Positions 41,043 through 51,878 of a stretch of 64,000 bases of DNA are shown in pieces (within the stretch, counting starts at the first letter, position 1; each line of letters starts with the position of its first letter). The position numbers were made by a program, and so were the translations under genes. The notes under the pieces are model-generated. The model did no database searches and had not been told where the DNA came from. It saw nothing but the letters and a program-made list of their open reading frames with translations. The stretch spans positions 128,001 to 192,000 of IMG/VR virus record IMGVR_UViG_3300045988_151351. One strand, 5' to 3'. The DNA is from a virus.

Positions 41043-42194
41043 ATGATTATTACTACTAATCAAATGAAGCGCATTTTTGATGAATTTAACGATCAAGTAA
41101 GTGCTAAATGTTATCAGAAAATGCCGCGAGATGATTGGCGCAAAATTAAAACTGCTATTGAAGATGGCAGAATGTTTATTCTTAATATTCATGATAGAGC
41201 ATATCTTACTTTTGCTGAGGATTATAATGAGCCTCGTACAATGATTTCTTTTGAACGCCATGATAGTTCATTTGGCGATTTTCTGTATGATTTGTTCTGG
41301 GATGATGATAAACTAGAGATGATTTATTGTACTAATGATTATCTCGATAAAGCACTTTGTACTTCTACTTCTAGCACTACAAGTACTACTGTTACTGTTG
41401 GTAGTACTAGCTCAGCAACAACTATTCAGGTAGGAGATTATAATATTAGTTCTGGGAAAGCTATTGATGGTTATGCTATCACTACTGGTACTATTTCTCT
41501 AACTGATAATATTGAAGATACAGCACGAAAAGTTTTTAATGAAGAATGGAATAAAAGAAAGGAAAATGATAAAATGAAGTTTGGTAATTTTGATTTTGGT
41601 CCTTGCGCGAATGATAATGTGAGAATGTCTATGTATGGTATCGCTATTAAAAATGTTGCCGGCACTTATGTGTCTTATGATGCGGCGAGTGGCGAAATTA
41701 TCGACGTTGATGTGTTCAACTTTGATGGCGGTAAGTATATGTTTAAGCTGCCGGTCGCTATTAAGGATGTTAAGGTTGGCGATGTTATTATCCATAATAG
41801 AACTCCGATGTTTGTAGTTGGTTTTGCTGAGAACACTGGCGATCTGATCGCAGTTGATATCCGTGCTGGCGAAAAGAAGACTATTATGCCGATGCGTAAT
41901 ATGTTCCATTTCGATTTTGTTACAAAGATTGTTTCTTTGTTCGATATGAATGGTGTGACTCAGCCGTCTTCTGATATGCCTTTTGGTAATATGCTGCCGC
42001 TGATGATGATGAGCGATGATAACAAGGATATGGATATGAAGGATATTCTTATGATGTCTATGCTGGCAAATGGCGGCAATATGAGCAATATGAATCCTAT
42101 GCTGTTGTATTTTCTTGCTTTTGATGAAGCGGACGGCACTTCGATGAAGGATAAGCTCCTTCCGATGATGCTGCTTAGTAATCAGCAGAAGTAA
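41043..42194 (+). CDS. hypothetical protein, 383 aa, with an S/T-rich linker and a Met-rich C-terminus
   Basis: TSTSSTTSTTVTVGSTSSATT linker. C-terminal 90 aa contain more than 20 Met. Confidence 0.45.
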   Translation: MIITTNQMKRIFDEFNDQVSAKCYQKMPRDDWRKIKTAIEDGRMFILNIHDRAYLTFAEDYNEPRTMISFERHDSSFGDFLYDLFWDDDKLEMIYCTNDYLDKALCTSTSSTTSTTVTVGSTSSATTIQVGDYNISSGKAIDGYAITTGTISLTDNIEDTARKVFNEEWNKRKENDKMKFGNFDFGPCANDNVRMSMYGIAIKNVAGTYVSYDAASGEIIDVDVFNFDGGKYMFKLPVAIKDVKVGDVIIHNRTPMFVVGFAENTGDLIAVDIRAGEKKTIMPMRNMFHFDFVTKIVSLFDMNGVTQPSSDMPFGNMLPLMMMSDDNKDMDMKDILMMSMLANGGNMSNMNPMLLYFLAFDEADGTSMKDKLLPMMLLSNQQK

Positions 42195-42323
42195 GTTAAT
42201 ATATAGAACCCCTTTCAAAAGATTCCCCTCTTTGTTTGGCCGCAGAGAGGGGAATTGATTTTTATATAAAAATTTGATATAATATATATAGAAGATAAAA
42301 GAAAGTGAGAGTTGGTATTCTAA

Positions 42324-43952
42324 ATGGCTTTGTGCAATTATTTAAGTAATGAAGATAAATCAATATTTTGTAATTGGATCAATATGTATGGCGGCATGAG
42401 TGACAATAAAGATCCTGATCTTGATGTAGAAAATGTCGATCATATTTTGCGGTTTTGGGATAAGGAGAAAGTAACTCTTTGGAAGATGCTTGGTGAAAAA
42501 TTTACTATTTCCAAAGATGTAACTTTTAAACGTTCTGAGCGCCAGTCTAGATCTGATTTTGAAGATTGTCTTGGTTATTGGCGGGGTGGCTATAAGTTTA
42601 TTCGTGAATATCAAGACTTTACTGCTGATAAAAAAAATCTTGAGACGCCAGAAAGTTATCATGATCCTCTTTATAAAGTAAATCGGTTTGAAGACATTAT
42701 GGCTTTGAGAGAGCTAACTACTTTTGAAAGCCTTCATAATAATATTTATACGGGTGATACTTTTACTATTACTCGTAGTGATGATGGACAAACAATGTTA
42801 GTCAATAAAGGTGCCAAAATCAGTAAATTACTTGGTAAGTTGGCAAAATTCTTTGAGCTGTCAGAAGTAAAATATGAAGAATTTAGAATTGCTCATTCTC
42901 AATTTTTAAATCAAGATACTATTAAAGGTACACTTTGTTTGTCAATTCATCCAATGGATTATGTGACCATGAGCGATAATGATTGCGATTGGGATAGTTG
43001 TATGAGTTGGCGTAATGAAGGCGATTATCGTATTGGCACTGTTGAAATGATGAACTCTCCTTGCGTCCTTGTTGCTTATCTTCGTGCGAAAGAAGATATG
43101 GAATTTGGCTGGGGTGAGAAGCTTTCACATTGGAATAATAAGAAATGGCGTCAACTTTATATTATCACCAAAGATTTGATTAGCGATATTCGTCAGTATC
43201 CTTGGCATAATGATGAATTGAATGGTCTTTGTATGAAATGGATTAGAGATCTTGCGGCTACTAATCTTGGTTGGCAATATAGTAATCTTTGTACTTATTA
43301 TAATAATTTCCGCGATGCTGATTATAATAATTTTTGTTTGGAATTGAGTGATAAGCCTTATTCAATTAACGTCTATTGTGATAAGATGTATAATGATGTT
43401 TATTCCAAAAATCAAAAATGTTTTATTGGCATCGAAGCACCGCACGAAATTGACATTGATTATTCCGGTTATAGCGAATGTATGAATTGTGGCGAAGAGA
43501 TTGGTGACATTAGTGATACTTGTATGTTACTTTGTGATAATTGCTCTAATGCTATAAGATGTAGCTGTTGTGGCGACATTATTCATAATGATGATTACTA
43601 TTGGATGGACGATGATACTTGTCTCTGTTATGACTGTTATACTGAAAAAGCAGGTACGTGTGAAGACTGTGGCGAAGCTTTTTATAATGAGGATTTGAAT
43701 GAAATTCGTCTTTATAAAGATAATAAATTAACTTGGCGTTCTGGTTATCTTTGTTACAATTGTAAGAGCGATTATGAAGAAGCTGGATTAATTATTAGTG
43801 ATCCTATCCAATCATCTTTCGGAGTCCATTATCGAGTAGATTTCGAAACTTTGATGGAATCGGATAGCGAAGCTGCTGATAGACTACGTGATATTTTTTC
43901 TATTAATAGTGAAGAAGGTCGGCAATGGTTCCTTGATAGTTTGAAAGATTAG
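42324..43952 (+). CDS. large multi-zinc-ribbon protein, 542 aa; paralog of 46807..48255
   Basis: Shared HP.D...S.N...W.SC core and NKKWR block. C-terminal CxxC repeats. Confidence 0.5.
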   Translation: MALCNYLSNEDKSIFCNWINMYGGMSDNKDPDLDVENVDHILRFWDKEKVTLWKMLGEKFTISKDVTFKRSERQSRSDFEDCLGYWRGGYKFIREYQDFTADKKNLETPESYHDPLYKVNRFEDIMALRELTTFESLHNNIYTGDTFTITRSDDGQTMLVNKGAKISKLLGKLAKFFELSEVKYEEFRIAHSQFLNQDTIKGTLCLSIHPMDYVTMSDNDCDWDSCMSWRNEGDYRIGTVEMMNSPCVLVAYLRAKEDMEFGWGEKLSHWNNKKWRQLYIITKDLISDIRQYPWHNDELNGLCMKWIRDLAATNLGWQYSNLCTYYNNFRDADYNNFCLELSDKPYSINVYCDKMYNDVYSKNQKCFIGIEAPHEIDIDYSGYSECMNCGEEIGDISDTCMLLCDNCSNAIRCSCCGDIIHNDDYYWMDDDTCLCYDCYTEKAGTCEDCGEAFYNEDLNEIRLYKDNKLTWRSGYLCYNCKSDYEEAGLIISDPIQSSFGVHYRVDFETLMESDSEAADRLRDIFSINSEEGRQWFLDSLKD

Positions 43953-44400
43953 TCTTAGTCTTAGGCGCGTAGACCTACTTTAGTATATAGAACATCTGAT
44001 TATTAGCAAGAAGCAAAAATAACTAATCCTCTAGAAGATATGTTATGGGATAGTTTAAATAAAGCTTTAGAAGAAGTTATTGAATCTTATAAAGCAATAG
44101 GGATTACTCCCCAACAATTAAAAGATGGATTAGTAACTATTCCAGAAGAAGAAATGACTGAAAAAGCAGAAGATGCTTTAAAGGAATATTATGAACAATT
44201 TGTTGATTTCAGAAAAGTTATTTGATTTTTAATAAAAAATAAGATATAATATATATGTAAGATAAAGAAAGGGTAAGAGAAATAAAGAAAAAACTTTTAC
44301 CCCGACTTTAAATCTTAATTGATTTTTAACAAAAAATAAGATATAATAAATATACAAAGAATAAATAAACTTTAAAAATGAAAGGTTAAAGGTGTTAATT

Positions 44401-44808
44401 ATGGAAAAGATTACGAAGCGCGAAATGTACGAAGCAATTGCTGAGGCTATGAAGACTGGCGAATGCCGTTATGATCCGGCTGAGGTTATTTCGTTCTGTG
44501 AGAATGAAATTGACCTGCTTGATAAGAAGGCGGCAAAGGCTAAGGAGCGTGCTGCGGCGAAGGCTGCTGAGGGTGATATTCTGACTGCGCTGGTTCGTGC
44601 GGCTCTGACTACTGATGAGTTTAAGTCTATTGCTGATGTGACTGCGATGGTTGCTGAAGAGGAGCCGGATGTTACTGCGGCGAAGGTTTCTTATCGTCTG
44701 TCTTCTCTGGTTAAGGCTGGCGAAGCTGAGAAGTCTGAAATTACGATTCCTGCGACTGAGACTTCTAAGAAGAGAACCGTTAATGGCTATCGTCGAATTA
44801 ATGGCTAA
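44401..44808 (+). CDS. family-X paralog (third copy), about 135 aa
   Basis: Shares ITKREMYEAI / MTKKDCFTAL, E(I/L)DLLDKK and VKAGE blocks with 23009 and 28060. Confidence 0.4.
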   Translation: MEKITKREMYEAIAEAMKTGECRYDPAEVISFCENEIDLLDKKAAKAKERAAAKAAEGDILTALVRAALTTDEFKSIADVTAMVAEEEPDVTAAKVSYRLSSLVKAGEAEKSEITIPATETSKKRTVNGYRRING

Positions 44809-44974
44809 TATAGCGCATTAAGGACTGGGAAATTTCCCAGTCCTTTTTTTATAAGGTCTGCTCCGGCCGGCGATGGACGCATCACTCGTAAAACCAAAAA
44901 TAAAAGATTGCTTACTAATTTTTATTGACATTTGTGAAAAAATAAGTTATAATATATATAAGGAGTGATATAAT

Positions 44975-45778
44975 ATGAAATATTCCGTATCAATTCGGTA
45001 GTCTGCGGCAAATAAGCGCGTAGCTGATGAAATTATGCTTGATTATAAAGATATTAAAGGCTTATATAATATTATTGATGATTTTTATAATAAAGAGTAT
45101 GTAATTCGTATCCCAAAGAATACTTCATAGATTGATTGGGACGAATTAAAGATGTTCTCTGAAAAAGTAAAACTCACTCTTGCTATTGAAAATATATTTA
45201 TGGCAAGTGATTGTAATTCACGTTCAATTAATTATTATTGGGCTTATCCAATTACTACATGGTATGAATTAAATGGATTAGTTGATTTAGGTGTAAAACA
45301 ATTATTTTTAGGTGTTCCGCTAACTTTTCAACTTCCAGAAGTGAAGAAGATAGGATTGCCGATTCGAGTAATTGCTAATGTATGCTATGATGGCTTTATT
45401 CCTCGTAAAGATGGAATTCGTGGATTTTATATTCGTCCAGAAGATGTGAAAGCTTATAGCGCATATGTGGATACTATTCAATTTGATACCGATAGTTTAG
45501 AGAAAGAGGCAACTTTATTAGGGATTTATAAAGCAGAATTATGGCCTGGTAATTTAAATCTATTATTGACTAATTTGAAATATAATGTTGATAATCGTGG
45601 CATTCCTGATGAATTTGCGCCGATGCGTATTAAATGTAAGCAAAGATGCCAAAGTGGAAGCGCTTGTAGTTTTTGTGAAACTGCGCTAAAGTTTAGCCGA
45701 GAAGTAGATAAGAATAAAGATTACTGGACTAAAGGTGTTGGTTTTACGCAACCAGAGAGCATTATTGACAATAATTAA
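44975..45778 (+). CDS. hypothetical protein, about 267 aa; N-terminal extension joined through 2 TAG codons
   Basis: ATG at 44975 is in frame with ORF 45152..45778. Promoter at 44925. Confidence 0.35.
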
Positions 45779-45829
45779 AAAATATGATATAATATAATTA
45801 CAAAATAGAATATAAGGAGAAATTTTTAA

Positions 45830-46852
45830 TTGCGTGGGTTGAAAGCAAAAGAATATGAGACATTAGAGCAGCTATTTAAAATGAAACAGGGCAGCTTGCT
45901 TAAAACTATGTCTTATTTTCTTCAGAGTAAATACAAAACAGTAAAAACTACTGCGGATTATATTTATGCCATCGGTGATATTCCGATCGCTCTTGTAGCC
46001 CATATGGATACAGTTTTTCCTAAACCTGTTTCTGAGTTATATTATGATACAAGAAAAAATGTTATGTGGAGTCCGCAGGGTCTTGGAGCTGATGATCGAG
46101 CAGGCATATATGCGATTATTCAGATATTATGTTCTACAAATTTGCGTCCACATATCATTTTTACTACTGATGAAGAACGAGGCGGCATTGGAGCATCTGT
46201 ATTAGCTCAAGAGAATTGCCCATTTCCGCAGCTAAAGTATATGATTGAATTGGATAGACAAGGAAAAAATGATTGTGTATTCTATTCATGTGATAATGAT
46301 GATTTTGTAGCATATATTGAATCTTTTGGATTTATTGAAGATTTTGGTAGTTTTTCTGATATTAGTATTTTAGGACCAGCTTGGCAAGTGTGTAGCACAA
46401 ATTTATCAGTTGGTTATGAAAATGAACACACATATATTGAAACTCTAAATATTAGTGCTCTATTAAATACTATTGAAAAAGTCAAAAAGATGCTTCAAGA
46501 AGAATCTATCCCAGATTTTAAATATATTGAATTTAGTTTATCTACTAAAAGATGGTTCCAAGATTTATACAGCAGTAATGGAGCCGCAGGCGATAATGAT
46601 TTTTATGTTCATTGTAAGAAATGTAAGGGATTATTTTCTGGTTATGAGGTCTTTCCTGTGAAGGGATTAGATGGTAAGACTTGTTTTTATTGCCCTGATT
46701 GTATAGTAGAAAATATTGAATGGTGTGATAATTGTGGAGAACCATTTGAAATTGATCCAAATAATCCTAAGAAAATTTGTAATGATTGCGCAGGAGGCCT
46801 ACTTGAATGTCATTCGACATCAAAGAAATTAAAAAACAATTTGATGAAGTAA
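45830..46852 (+). CDS. M42/M28-like metallopeptidase fused to C-terminal zinc ribbons, 340 aa
   Basis: VAHMDTV, GADDRAG and TTDEERGGIGA motifs. C-terminal CKKC..CPDC..CDNC..CNDC. Confidence 0.45.
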   Translation: MRGLKAKEYETLEQLFKMKQGSLLKTMSYFLQSKYKTVKTTADYIYAIGDIPIALVAHMDTVFPKPVSELYYDTRKNVMWSPQGLGADDRAGIYAIIQILCSTNLRPHIIFTTDEERGGIGASVLAQENCPFPQLKYMIELDRQGKNDCVFYSCDNDDFVAYIESFGFIEDFGSFSDISILGPAWQVCSTNLSVGYENEHTYIETLNISALLNTIEKVKKMLQEESIPDFKYIEFSLSTKRWFQDLYSSNGAAGDNDFYVHCKKCKGLFSGYEVFPVKGLDGKTCFYCPDCIVENIEWCDNCGEPFEIDPNNPKKICNDCAGGLLECHSTSKKLKNNLMK

Positions 46853-48255
46853 TTCGTTATTCACAAGGAATTGAAAATCCTAAAACAGAAGAATTATTTA
46901 ATAGATTTTTAGACGCTAAAAGAGATTTTATTGAATTATTTGGTGGTAATCTAATCTATGAGTATCCATATGTATTACATTTAAAGCTTGATAAAAAAGA
47001 AAAACAAAAGAATTTAAATAATTTTTTGGATACAATTGATTGCTTATATAGCAATTATGATTTAATTGATTTTATTGAAACTAATAGAGATGGATTTTTT
47101 ACTAATCAAGTTATTGAAGAATATAAATTACCTGATGGTAAAATTATTCCAGTAGGCATGAAACTAGTTAAAGCATTTAAGTATTTTATTTCTGATAAAG
47201 ACTTATTGAATGATATTCAAAATAGCGCAAGTCGTGTTATCCAAGAGGATAAGATTGAAGGTAAGCTATGTATATCAGTTCATCCACTTGATTTTTTAAG
47301 TTCAAGTGAAAATACTTATAATTGGCGGTCTTGTCATGCACTTGACGGTGAATATCGCGCAGGAAATCTTTCATATATGGTTGATAAATCAACTGTAATT
47401 TGTTATTTAAAAGGTGCTGATGGGGTAAGATTACCTAATTTTCCTGAAGATGTGCTTTGGAATTCTAAAAAATGGAGAGTATTAATTTTCTTTGAAAAGA
47501 ATTGGAGAGCAATTTTTGCGGGTCGGCAGTATCCTCTTTCTACTTTAAGCGCTTTAGAGACTATTTCTATGTGTTTAAATAATATGGGAGTAGAGTTCCA
47601 TAGATGGGAAGATAGTAATATTACTGGTTATACTGATAAAATTTCTGGTAAGCAATATCCTTTAGATACTGATTATATTGCAATTGGTGGGAAGATTTAT
47701 CCAATTAAAGATAAAGTAGCAGATGCTAAAAATTCTTTACAATTTGATGATTTAATAAATTCTTCATGCTATCGACCTTATATGGCGGTTCGTGCAAGAG
47801 GATTTTATGCTAGTGATGCTGATGAATGGCATTGGGATATTGGCGGAGAAATTAATTGTTTAAATTGTGGTAAATCATTAATTGAGCATAGTGATTTTAT
47901 GCGATGTGATAGTTGTGAATTAGCATATGGTGATAGTGAAAATGATATTTTTGGATATTGTGACTGTTGTGGTCGCAGAATATTATTAGATGAAGCTTAT
48001 TATGTTGATTCAGACGAAATAGTTTGTAGTGATTGCTTTAAAAATGAATGTATGACTTGTGATAGATGCGGTAATGGATATTATCGTAGTTCTATGAAAT
48101 ATAATGAGGAATACCATAAGTATTTATGTCCTTGGTGTTCAGAAGATATGGAACGAGGAGAACCATTTGATTTAAAGCAATTAGTTTTTGATGAATGTAA
48201 TAAATTAGAGAAGAAAATAATGGAGGATAATAATGGCGAAGGGACAAATTGCTAA
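46807..48255 (+). CDS. large multi-zinc-ribbon protein, 482 aa; paralog of 42324..43952
   Basis: See 42324. Confidence 0.5.
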   Translation: MSFDIKEIKKQFDEVIRYSQGIENPKTEELFNRFLDAKRDFIELFGGNLIYEYPYVLHLKLDKKEKQKNLNNFLDTIDCLYSNYDLIDFIETNRDGFFTNQVIEEYKLPDGKIIPVGMKLVKAFKYFISDKDLLNDIQNSASRVIQEDKIEGKLCISVHPLDFLSSSENTYNWRSCHALDGEYRAGNLSYMVDKSTVICYLKGADGVRLPNFPEDVLWNSKKWRVLIFFEKNWRAIFAGRQYPLSTLSALETISMCLNNMGVEFHRWEDSNITGYTDKISGKQYPLDTDYIAIGGKIYPIKDKVADAKNSLQFDDLINSSCYRPYMAVRARGFYASDADEWHWDIGGEINCLNCGKSLIEHSDFMRCDSCELAYGDSENDIFGYCDCCGRRILLDEAYYVDSDEIVCSDCFKNECMTCDRCGNGYYRSSMKYNEEYHKYLCPWCSEDMERGEPFDLKQLVFDECNKLEKKIMEDNNGEGTNC

Positions 48256-48529
48256 GACTCAAGTAGCAGATAGAATTGCGAAAGCATTTGGTAATGATTG
48301 GATTGGAGAGTATGATAAGAAATACTATGTTTGGGCTACCGAGAATGGAGAGCGCTTACAGATCGCTATTTCTATGACTTGTCCTAAGAATCCAGTTGGT
48401 GATGTATCTACTGTTGGTTCTAATGCAATGAATTTTGAAGATTCTGCTCCAGTAGTTCAAGAGAAGAAAGAAATTACTGAAGATGAGAAAAAACATATTG
48501 CGGATTTGATGGCCAAACTTGGTCTATAA
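48233..48529 (+). CDS. hypothetical protein, 98 aa
   Basis: ATGG overlap with the preceding gene. Confidence 0.4.
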   Translation: MAKGQIAKTQVADRIAKAFGNDWIGEYDKKYYVWATENGERLQIAISMTCPKNPVGDVSTVGSNAMNFEDSAPVVQEKKEITEDEKKHIADLMAKLGL

Positions 48530-48610
48530 GATTATTTTTGATTTTATAAAAAATAAATGATATAATATATATGTAAGATAAAGAAAGAAAGACTTTTACA
48601 GCAATAGTCA

Positions 48611-48683
48611 TCCAAAGTGGGGTAGAGGATAGCCTATCAGAGTAAAATTCTGAAGACCGCGGTTCGAATCCGCGCTTCGGAAA
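48611..48683 (+). tRNA. tRNA-like gene with a canonical cloverleaf but anticodon loop GTAAAAT (apparent anticodon AAA); isotype uncertain
   Basis: Acceptor TCCAAAG/CTTCGGA with 1 mismatch. D stem GGGT/GCCT. Anticodon stem TCAGA/TCTGA. T arm CGCGG-TTCGAAT-CCGCG. Confidence 0.35.
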
Positions 48684-48708
48684 AATGATTTATAAGTCTT
48701 GATTTTAT

Positions 48709-48779
48709 AGGGGTGTCGGTTAATGGTAAACCACCGGTCTCCAAAACCGGGACTCTCCGTTCGAGTCGGAGCGCCCCTG
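48709..48779 (+). tRNA. tRNA-Trp(CCA)
   Basis: Acceptor AGGGGTG/CGCCCCT. Anticodon stem CCGGT/ACCGG, loop CTCCAAA. T arm CTCCG-TTCGAGT-CGGAG. Confidence 0.6.
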
Positions 48780-48897
48780 CGGGAATTTGTCACAATACCT
48801 TCACGTGGTGTTCCTGTTTTTACTAAAGTTGTGGCAAGTTTGTTAAATTTACCTGCCAAAATTTTCATATATTACTGAGAAAGGTAGGTAAATTTTA

Positions 48898-49542
48898 ATG
48901 AATGGATTTATTTATAAAATTACAAATGATATAAATGATAAAGTATATATAGGAAAAACTTTATCATCTATTGAGAATAGATTCAAAGAACATAAGTAGG
49001 AAAGCCAAAGAGAGTCAGAACAAATTCGACCTTTATATCGAGCAATGAATAAATATGGAAATGAGCATTTTCATATTGAAGAAGTTGAAGAATGTCCTTT
49101 AGAAATTTTATCAGAAAGAGAAAAATATTGGATAAAATATTTTTCTTCTTATGAAAATGGCTATAATGCTACAATGGGTGGCGATGGTAAATAGTTATAT
49201 GATTATGATGAAATTGTAAAAGGTTTTTTATCAGGAAAATTAATGTATGAATTAGCAAATGAATTTGAATGCTGTCAAGATACTATCCGCGCAGCTTTAA
49301 GTTTAGCTAATATAGATTCTACTATTAATGCTAATAAAAAATTAAAAAAAGGAATTATAGCGAAAGATTTAAATGGAAATGTAGTAAAGATTTTTGATTC
49401 TCGGATAGAGGCTGTTAAATGGTTACAAGATAATAACTATGTTGCTAAATCTGTCGTAAAAGATAATGTTATAGCCGCAATAGGTCGAGTAGCTAATGGA
49501 AAACGTAAAAGTGCTTATAATTTGATTTGGGAAAATTTTTAA
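48898..49542 (+). CDS. GIY-YIG homing endonuclease (I-TevI-like), about 214 aa, 2 TAG codons
   Basis: GFIYKITNDINDKVYIGKT...RFKEHK is the GIY-YIG motif. EREKYWIKYF block. ORF 49243..49542 is in frame downstream of TAGs. Confidence 0.6.
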
Positions 49543-49995
49543 TATTTGCCAGTCAAAAAGAAATTTTTTGATTTTATAAAAAATAAATGATATAATATAT
49601 ATGTAAGATAAAGAAAGACAATTACAGCAATTTTAATTTTTTCAAATTGATTGGTAATCCGTGTGTTGTTGGTTCGAGTCCAACTCGTGCGTATTAATTT
49701 ACAAACGATAGCTCAAATGGCAGAGCAACGTAATTAAAAAAGTTGTCTTGTTTTATTTAGTTAAAAAATCTTTTTGATTTTTTATAAAAAATATGATATA
49801 ATATTTATATCAAATGAAAGAAAAAAATAAATAGTTTGGTAGTACCCAGAAAATGAGAGCTGAGCCTTGGGAGATGAGTCAAAGGAACAAAAGACTTTAT
49901 GAAGCGGACAGCCTCGCCAAACAAACCTTGCTTTCCCAAGCAGGTATATACTTACCTGTGACTCGCAGGACTAAATATTGGGAAGAGTATCTTAT

Positions 49996-50070
49996 GGGAG
50001 ACTAGCCTAGTGGTTCAGGCAGCGGACTGTTAATCCGCCAAGCAAGGTTCAATTCCTTGGTTTCCCGCCA
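49996..50070 (+). tRNA. tRNA-Asn(GTT)
   Basis: Acceptor GGGAGAC/GTTTCCC. Anticodon stem GCGGA/TCCGC, loop CTGTTAA. Encoded CCA. Confidence 0.6.
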
Positions 50071-50322
50071 TTATTGGTCTTATACATGGGGTTTCCGATT
50101 TGAACTAAATAGCTAATTACTATTCTTGTGGCAATAGACCAATTAAAAATAAACTGAGGCAAAGGGAAATCGGGTTTAATGTATAGCTATAAAGAAATTT
50201 TATAGTTAGCTATGATGAACTTCATAGTAAAATCCTCTCATAATCAAGTTAATTGGGAGAGGGGTAGTGCGGGAACGGGGAGAAGCGCGCTATAAAAGGT
50301 GAAATACTTCTTTCCACCATAT

Positions 50323-50398
50323 GCCGGTGTAGCCGAATGGCATAGGCGAATGATTTAGGATCATTAATCTGAAGGTTCGAGTCCTTTCACCGGTACCA
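50323..50398 (+). tRNA. 76-nt type-I tRNA with anticodon TAG (reads CUA/CUG); isotype uncertain
   Basis: Acceptor GCCGGTG/CACCGGT. Anticodon stem AATGA/TCATT, loop TTTAGGA. T arm GAAGG-TTCGAGT-CCTTT. A73 and CCA. Confidence 0.45.
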
Positions 50399-50464
50399 TA
50401 AGCCGATATCTTTGTACTATCCGGTGGTTGGCAACTCCATCGTTATGTAAATAAGTTGCTAATA

Positions 50465-50536
50465 TGCCTTATGGTGTAATGGAAACACGCCGCCCAGTAG
50501 AGGGCGGAGTCTTTGGTTCGAATCCAAATGAGGTAA
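50465..50536 (+). tRNA. tRNA-like gene with an 8-nt anticodon loop CAGTAGAG
   Basis: D stem GTGT/ACAC. Anticodon stem CCGCC/GGCGG. T arm TTTGG-TTCGAAT-CCAAA. Confidence 0.3.
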
Positions 50537-50874
50537 TGGTGATTAGAAAAGGGAATGATAATCGCCCATAAAGTAATATAGGATTATCATTATAGATTAT
50601 ATTTATTAAAAATGGCGGCTAAATCTTATATTAGTTACTTGAAAAATATGTGATGCTGCGAGACCTATCAAGTTAGTCTATAAATCACTTGAAGCTATCT
50701 TTTACGCTTACTCTTTTGATTGTTTGGACTGCTTTACGCAAAAGGAAAAATGGAAAAGAGGGTAAGGCTTAACCATAAAGCCAGCTTTTTTGTGAATGAC
50801 TTTTTAAGAGGGGATATAAAAGTTATTTAAGGTGATACTGCCTTGGCGGGTCCGGAACCGCCGAAATGTGATAT

Positions 50875-50958
50875 GCTCTGGTGGCGGAATGGCAGACGCG
50901 ATCGGCTCAAACCCGATTGTCGAAAGACGTGTGGGTTCAAGTCCCACTCTGAGCACCA
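50875..50958 (+). tRNA. tRNA-Leu(CAA), long variable arm
   Basis: Anticodon stem ATCGG/CCGAT, loop CTCAAAC. Variable arm TGTCGAAAGACGTG. T arm GTGGG-TTCAAGT-CCCAC. CCA. Confidence 0.6.
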
Positions 50959-51318
50959 AAAGGATTTAGCATATTAAATTCTTTTTGACATTTTTAAAAA
51001 AATATGATATAATATTTTTACAAAGTTAAGAAAGGAATTTAAAAAAGATGTTCAATGACTTTGATACTCAAATCCAATCCGATGAATTTGAATGGCAGTT
51101 CCTTGAATGGTGTAGACTAATGGAGGAGGAATATGGAAATGAATACCAAGAAGAAAATTGATAGACGCATCTTTAAGAAAAGTCCTGATGAACTTCAAGA
51201 ATATATGATGTTTAAACGACGCGGTTCTCGAACTCCTGCAAAAAAGGGTAAGGGAATGAAATATGAACGCGCACAAGAAAAAGAAAAGTCAAGAAATTTG
51301 GTTTCTGATAATTAATTT

Positions 51319-51394
51319 GGCCCCATCTACTAATTGGCTAGGTGGTAACCCTCTCAAGGTTAAGATGGCGGTTCGAATCCGTCTGGGGTCACCA
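51319..51394 (+). tRNA. tRNA-Glu(CTC)
   Basis: Acceptor GGCCCCA/TGGGGTC. Anticodon stem TAACC/GGTTA, loop CTCTCAA. Confidence 0.45.
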
Positions 51395-51463
51395 ATGCCT
51401 TTTACACCACCAAAAAGGCTGAGGTCCCGTGGGAGCCTCCCGCCAAAAGTCCCACATTTTTAA

Positions 51464-51540
51464 CGGCGCATAGACAAATAGGTATAGTCACTACCCTTTC
51501 AAGGTAGAATGTAGGGGTTCGACCCCCCTTGCGCTGACCA
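51464..51540 (+). tRNA. tRNA-Glu(TTC)
   Basis: Anticodon stem CTACC/GGTAG, loop CTTTCAA. T arm AGGGG-TTCGACC-CCCCT. Confidence 0.5.
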
Positions 51541-51543
51541 TAT

Positions 51544-51619
51544 GGTGCTGTAGTTCAGTTGGAAGAATGCCAGCCTGTCACGCTGGAGGTCGTGGGGTCA
51601 GGACCCATCAGCATCGCCA
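51544..51619 (+). tRNA. tRNA-Asp(GTC)
   Basis: Acceptor GGTGCTG/CAGCATC. Anticodon stem CCAGC/GCTGG, loop CTGTCAC. Confidence 0.55.
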
Positions 51620-51726
51620 TTCGCTTTTTCCTATGTAAGCGATTTTGAAGCATAGAACTTGATGGAGCGTTCTATTAGTCTGATGCCTGCATTAGATTAA
51701 GTTTTATAACCATCACAATTAAATAT

Positions 51727-51803
51727 GCCTGTGGAGCTTATGAGGAACAAGCGCTAGACTCATACCCTAGAGATATTTGGTTCGAATCCAAAGGCAGGCA
51801 CCA
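51727..51803 (+). tRNA. tRNA with anticodon CAT; candidate Ile2 or second Met
   Basis: D stem GCTT/AAGC. Anticodon stem CTAGA/CCTAG (4/5), loop CTCATAC. T arm TTTGG-TTCGAAT-CCAAA. Confidence 0.4.
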
Positions 51804-51804
51804 T

Positions 51805-51878
51805 TGCGGTGGTCTTCTAACGGTAGGATACTGGGCTCATAACCCGGAGACGCGGTTCGATTCCGCCGACCGCAACCA
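51805..51878 (+). tRNA. tRNA-Met(CAT)
   Basis: Anticodon stem CTGGG/CCCGG, loop CTCATAA. T arm CGCGG-TTCGATT-CCGCC. Confidence 0.5.

Noticed and set aside
50323-50536. tRNAs with TAG in the anticodon loop as the amber suppressor
   Set aside because: Anticodon 5'-UAG-3' reads CUA/CUG, not UAG. The real CUA-anticodon tRNA is at 58653-58727.
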